From Octopus vulgaris (Eukaryota): a DNA stretch of 64,000 nt. Positions 58,396 to 64,000 of this stretch are shown piece by piece. The translations under genes and the position numbers were made by a program. How positions within the stretch are numbered: the stretch's first letter is position 1; the number at the start of each line of letters is the position of its first letter. The notes under the pieces are model-generated. The model made no database searches, had not been told where the DNA came from, and worked only from the letters and a program-made list of their open reading frames with translations. The stretch spans positions 41,726,001 to 41,790,000 of the forward strand of contig OX597821.1 in assembly GCA_951406725.2 (NCBI GenBank). Reading direction: 5' to 3'.

Positions 58396-58830
58396 TTTGC
58401 GCTTATCAGTCTATATGAAAAATAAAATATTTCAAACATTTATTAATATATTCGCACAAGGTATGGAGAATATTTACAACGTGTCAGCTGGATATTTCAT
58501 GAAGCTTCTGCATTCGCTTGGAAGTATATTTTGCTTAACTTAGGCATTTACAGAAAGCCATGAACACCACTGCTTCCCACCCACCCACTGCTAATAAATG
58601 TGTTCCTAATCGTCATCATCACCATTCTTTTATTCTTCTGCTCGTTTCAGTCATCTGACTGCGACCATGCTGGAGCACCGCCTTTAGTCGAACAAATTGA
58701 ACCCAGGACTTATTCTTTGTAAGCCTAGTACTTATTCTATCGGTCACTATTGCCGAATCGCAAGGTTACGGTGACGTAAACGCCACTTCAGTTGTCAGTC
58801 AATGGTGGGAGGACAACCACAGATACACAA

Positions 58831-58891
<61 letters not shown>

Positions 58892-59051
58892 CGTAGGAGT
58901 GGCTGATTGGTAAGTAGCTTGCTTACCAACTACATGGTTCCAGGTTCAGTCCGACTGCATGGTACCTTGGGTAAGTGTCTTCTACTATAGCCTCGGGCCG
59001 ACCAAAGCCTTGTGAGTGGATTTGGTACACTGAAACTGAAAGAAGCCCGTC

Positions 59052-59108
<57 letters not shown>

Positions 59109-60568
59109 TTTGAGTGTGTGTCTCTATTTGTCACACACACCCCCCCAACATTGCTTGACAATCGATGCTGGTGTGTTTACGTCCCCGTAACTTAGCGATG
59201 TAATAATTACTAGGTTTATAAAGAATAAGTCCTGGGGGTCAATTTGCTCGATTGAAGGCGGTGCTCCAGCATGGCCGCAGCCAAACGACTGAAGCAAGTA
59301 AACGAATAAAAGAATATGAGTGTGTGTGTATACGACAGGCTTCTTTTAGTTTCCGTCCATATGGTTGGGAAGCGAGCCTCTTACCACGCAGCAACGCCTG
59401 CGCCTATCATCATCAACAACTTCTGGACATTTCTGTCTCCGGTCCTGCGACTCACAGCGGTTTCCATGGCGTATATGGGACCGAAATTCCAAAACCGCCC
59501 CCTAGACGGAACAACAGCCTGTCGAAGGGTTACTTATTACAGCTGAGTGGAAATGAAGTGTTTTGCTCAAGAACCGCCTGGTCCCGGAGTCGAAACCGCG
59601 AGCTAAAGATTGTAAGTGCAGCTCCCCAACCAGAAGGCCACGCGTCTTCACTAAATGTGTGTTTGTCACTAAATATAAAATAGATTTACGAAAAAGCTGG
59701 AATAATTACATAATTATTAATCAACGGAAACGCTCAAATATTTATCATAAATGTTTAAATATTAAAGTAAGGAACCCAAAAGATATTTATAGAATTTTAA
59801 AATAGGAAATGTCTTTTCTTGTTCACAATATTACATTCATCTTTTGGTCAGATTGCAATCACAAGAAAACAGCAAATTGTAAACAAAGCTTTATGTTGAA
59901 GAAGTTGACTTCGTCATCGAGCGGTTTCCCGTTCAATCCTGCTGCACCACAGCTCTTTGGCAAAGTATCTTCTTCTATAGCACCAAGCTGACCAATACCT
60001 TATGAGTGAATTTGGTAAACGGAGATTGCGCGGAATCCCATCGCATACATGTGTGTTTGTGCGCCCACGCGTGCCTGTCTTTGTTTATATGTCTACTGCT
60101 TAGCAATCAGTGTTGGTTTGTTTACGTTCCAGTGGCATAATGTTCGTCAAAGCGAATAAGTACCATGTTTTTTTAAAATATAAGTACCGGTGTCGATCCG
60201 TTTGGGGTAAATTCTTCAAAGAAGTGCCCTAATATTGCTGCAGTCCAGAGACTGAAACAAGTTAAGGAATAAATGACTGTCGGAAACTAAAAGTTCACCA
60301 ACCGACTTGGATAAATTCCGTATACTAAGACTAATTCAACGGGGCTTTCTGTCCGAGATCACACTAAGATATCACCAAAACTAGCATCAAATATATTTTT
60401 GTTCAGCAAATACTCATGCAGGATCCTTCAGACGGCGTCAGTGTGGCTTTCAACATATCTCTCCGGAGCATTAATTATATATACCCGTCAATCCATCCCT
60501 TTTTAAATTCCATGACACAAAGGACATGTGTCGCTAAAATCTTAAGACACTGAAAAACTGCTATAATT

Positions 60569-60620
<52 letters not shown>

Positions 60621-60657
60621 TGCGTGTAGAAGGTTGAAAAGGAATACAAAAGTTTAA

Positions 60658-61022
60658 ATATATAAGGAAAATAAGACAAGGTAAAAAATGCTAAAGTAAT
60701 TTTATCCTGAAGAACATTTTAGTACCGGTTTCAGACTTTGCGACTTTTTCAACTTGGGGTAAAGCATGAAAAACAATTAAATAGTTCTCAAATGCAATGA
60801 ACATGTTCCTTTTTTCAGTCTGTCTCTGTCTCTCTTATTTTTATTCTTGTGAACTATGGAGATATTTTTAAAGAACATTTCACTTAATTTTCCCACAATT
60901 TAATTGTTTTTCATGCTTTACTCCAAGCCGAAAAGGTCGCAAAGGCTGAAACCGGTACTAAAATGTTCTTCAAAATAAAATCATGTTACCATTTTCTACC
61001 TTGTATTATTTTCCACATATAT
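60658..61022. repeat. Fold-back element (~125-bp arms) carrying degenerate HHR motifs
   Basis: Arms ~60658-60783 and ~60897-61022. The right arm reads ag-CCGAAAA-ggtcgcaaaggct-GAAA-ccgg-TA-ct. Lies between (GT)n and (TA)n. Confidence 0.65.
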
Positions 61023-61059
61023 ATCAACTCGTGCGTTCCTTTTCAACACACAAACACGC

Positions 61060-61652
<593 letters not shown>

Positions 61653-61808
61653 AAATAATAATATTAATTTTAAAAAACATGTGTTTGTAAACGTTATTTT
61701 TGTATATATATATTCCGTATATCACATGATATATATATATATATAAATTTTCAGAATGAGATAAAAATCTAAGGCTGTAAAAGATTTTAGAACATTTATA
61801 ATTAGAAG

Positions 61809-61856
61809 GTCTTACGGCTGTTTCCGGGATATTTTATATATCCCTTCATCGGAGAC
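61809..61856 (-). ncRNA. Hammerhead motif with one core substitution
   Basis: gtct-CCGATGA-a gggatat ataaa atatccc g-GAAA-cagccg-TA-agac. Confidence 0.65.
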
Positions 61857-62074
61857 GGTGTGAGAAAATGATATATGATACATGACCTACATTGGACTCC
61901 ACATTCACATAATCACCGAACCTGGAGCTTAACTATAGTCTGTCCATAGCACTTACACAGCTTTACCTGACACCTCTGGGTCTTATTGACACCATTACCC
62001 CTCAAAATCTCTCTCTCTTTCTATATTTATTCCGTGTATCAAATATGATATATGTATATATTCCATATATCACA

Positions 62075-62139
<65 letters not shown>

Positions 62140-62281
62140 TGTATGTATGTATGTATGTATGTATGTATGTATGTATGTATGTATGTATGTATGTATGTAT
62201 GTACGTATGTATGTATATATCTATGTCTATCTATCTCTATCTCTATCTCTCACTCTCTCTCTCCCTCTCTCTCTCTCTCTC

Positions 62282-62339
<58 letters not shown>

Positions 62340-62411
62340 TTCAAAAGACGAAGACAGGTGGTGTAGACAACAAACAGATGCATTAGTTTAACGTTCGGGA
62401 AGGGAAAAAGT

Positions 62412-62447
62412 CTTTAACGTTTCGAGCCTACGCTCTTCCACAGAAAG
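62412..62447 (-). ncRNA. Variant minimal hammerhead-like motif
   Basis: cttt-CTGTGGA-a gagc gtag gctc-GAAA-cg-TT-aaag. Confidence 0.5.
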
Positions 62448-62850
62448 GAACACAGAAAGAAACAAGGAGAGAAAATAAAGAATGTGTAGTGGCTAGCCAT
62501 CTATCATGGCGAATCCGTATATCACATACAAATAATCAGAAAATAAGCTAAAAATGTGGTCCAATCGATGTGTTTGTTAATCTGAGGTTTTCTCCATTTT
62601 CTGATTATTTGCATTGGTTCTTGATAAACTCTTGTTTATCCTGTTGTTACTGAACACCAATGCCCGGAGATAACACCGGTAACGGATACCGATAGTATAT
62701 ACGGATATTTTATCCCTTAGACGGTTATTATAACCGTTAAGTCTATTTACACAATATGTATACGTATGTATATATATATATATATATATTCCGTATATCA
62801 CATGATATATATACATGTATATATATATATAATATTTGTATATCACATGA

Positions 62851-62886
<36 letters not shown>

Positions 62887-63733
62887 TGTATGTATGTATG
62901 TATGTATGTATGTATGTATGTATGTATGCATGCATGTATGTATGTATGTATGTATGTATGTACGTATGTATGAATGTATAGCGAGAGAGGGGAGAGAGAG
63001 AGAAAGAAGGATAGAGTGATAGATTGATAGTTATACGAGAATGAGGCTAAGTAATACTGCGTATATAACAGCATATGTTATTATGTATCAATATAAGATA
63101 AAAAAAATTGTTGAAAATGTGCACAGACGCAAACTCACACACACACACACACACACACATGTATGTTTGTATGTTTGTATTTGTACCAAAGAGATGTTCT
63201 AATAAAGAATGTTGATATTTTTTAATCAGATTGTATATCCAGAGATAAACAAAGCGAACATAAAAGAAACTACATTAATTTTTATTTTCTTACATTTTCA
63301 TCACGCGTTTTATGATCTCTTTGTGTATCTACAAAACCATCTGTTCAAAATATGAAAACATTTGTTTAGTCTTTGGTTGTCTTTAACAGAGTCCATTCGG
63401 TTGTGAAAATGCCTGCCGGGTTTCGAATCTGAGAATAATTTAATCCCGTCTTTCAAACAGTTCAGGAGTATTGCAAAAGGTCATAGGAGCCATGGGTGCC
63501 GCTGTCTTCCTCGGATTTAGCCATAGAGAATAAGTCCTGTAATGTTCTGCTTATTTCATCATTTTAAAAATTCATAAAGACGGGTAGATAGACAGACAAA
63601 CAGACAGACAGACAGACAGTTAGATAAACAGACGGACAGACAGACAGACAGATATTGAATTAGGTAGGTAGATGGAGAGTGAGAGTGAGAGAGATAGAGA
63701 GAGGCAGAGAGACAGACAGATAGATATTGAGTC

Positions 63734-63768
<35 letters not shown>

Positions 63769-63812
63769 TAGTTAGATAAACAGACGGAGGGACAGACAGA
63801 CAGACAGATAGG

Positions 63813-63913
<101 letters not shown>

Positions 63914-64000
63914 CGCCATATATATATATATATATATAATCATCATGATAGATCGTTAGCCACTACACACATTTTTTTCTCTCCTTGTTTCTCTCCTTGT

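Overview
AT-rich, microsatellite- and SINE-dense animal genomic DNA. The repeat landscape suggests a coleoid cephalopod such as Octopus; this is an inference, not proven. Two host genes lie tail-to-tail. One is a single-coding-exon LicD/fukutin-FKRP-family type II membrane protein (+, 2701-3387). The other is a complete 10-coding-exon secreted GH18 chitinase with a C-terminal CBM14 chitin-binding domain (-, 58395 to 8929, 479 aa). I assembled the chitinase by hand: all splice phases agree, intron 2 is GC-AG, and most exons are missed by the ORF track. Its introns hold a frameshifted Penelope-like retroelement (RT + GIY-YIG) nested in a SINE, a decayed second one, mariner/Tc1 remnants, MITEs and three tRNA-SINE families; a non-autonomous Helitron lies near the window start. 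The main hidden signal is about a dozen minimal type I hammerhead ribozyme (HHR) motifs (CUGANGA...GAAA-short, often palindromic stem III-UH). At least four have intact cores. They sit in several unrelated non-coding, microsatellite-flanked, often fold-back elements, including a 2.4-kb hairpin in which only the ribozyme copy that is sense to the chitinase transcript is deleted. Most other ORFs in the track are microsatellite artefacts.
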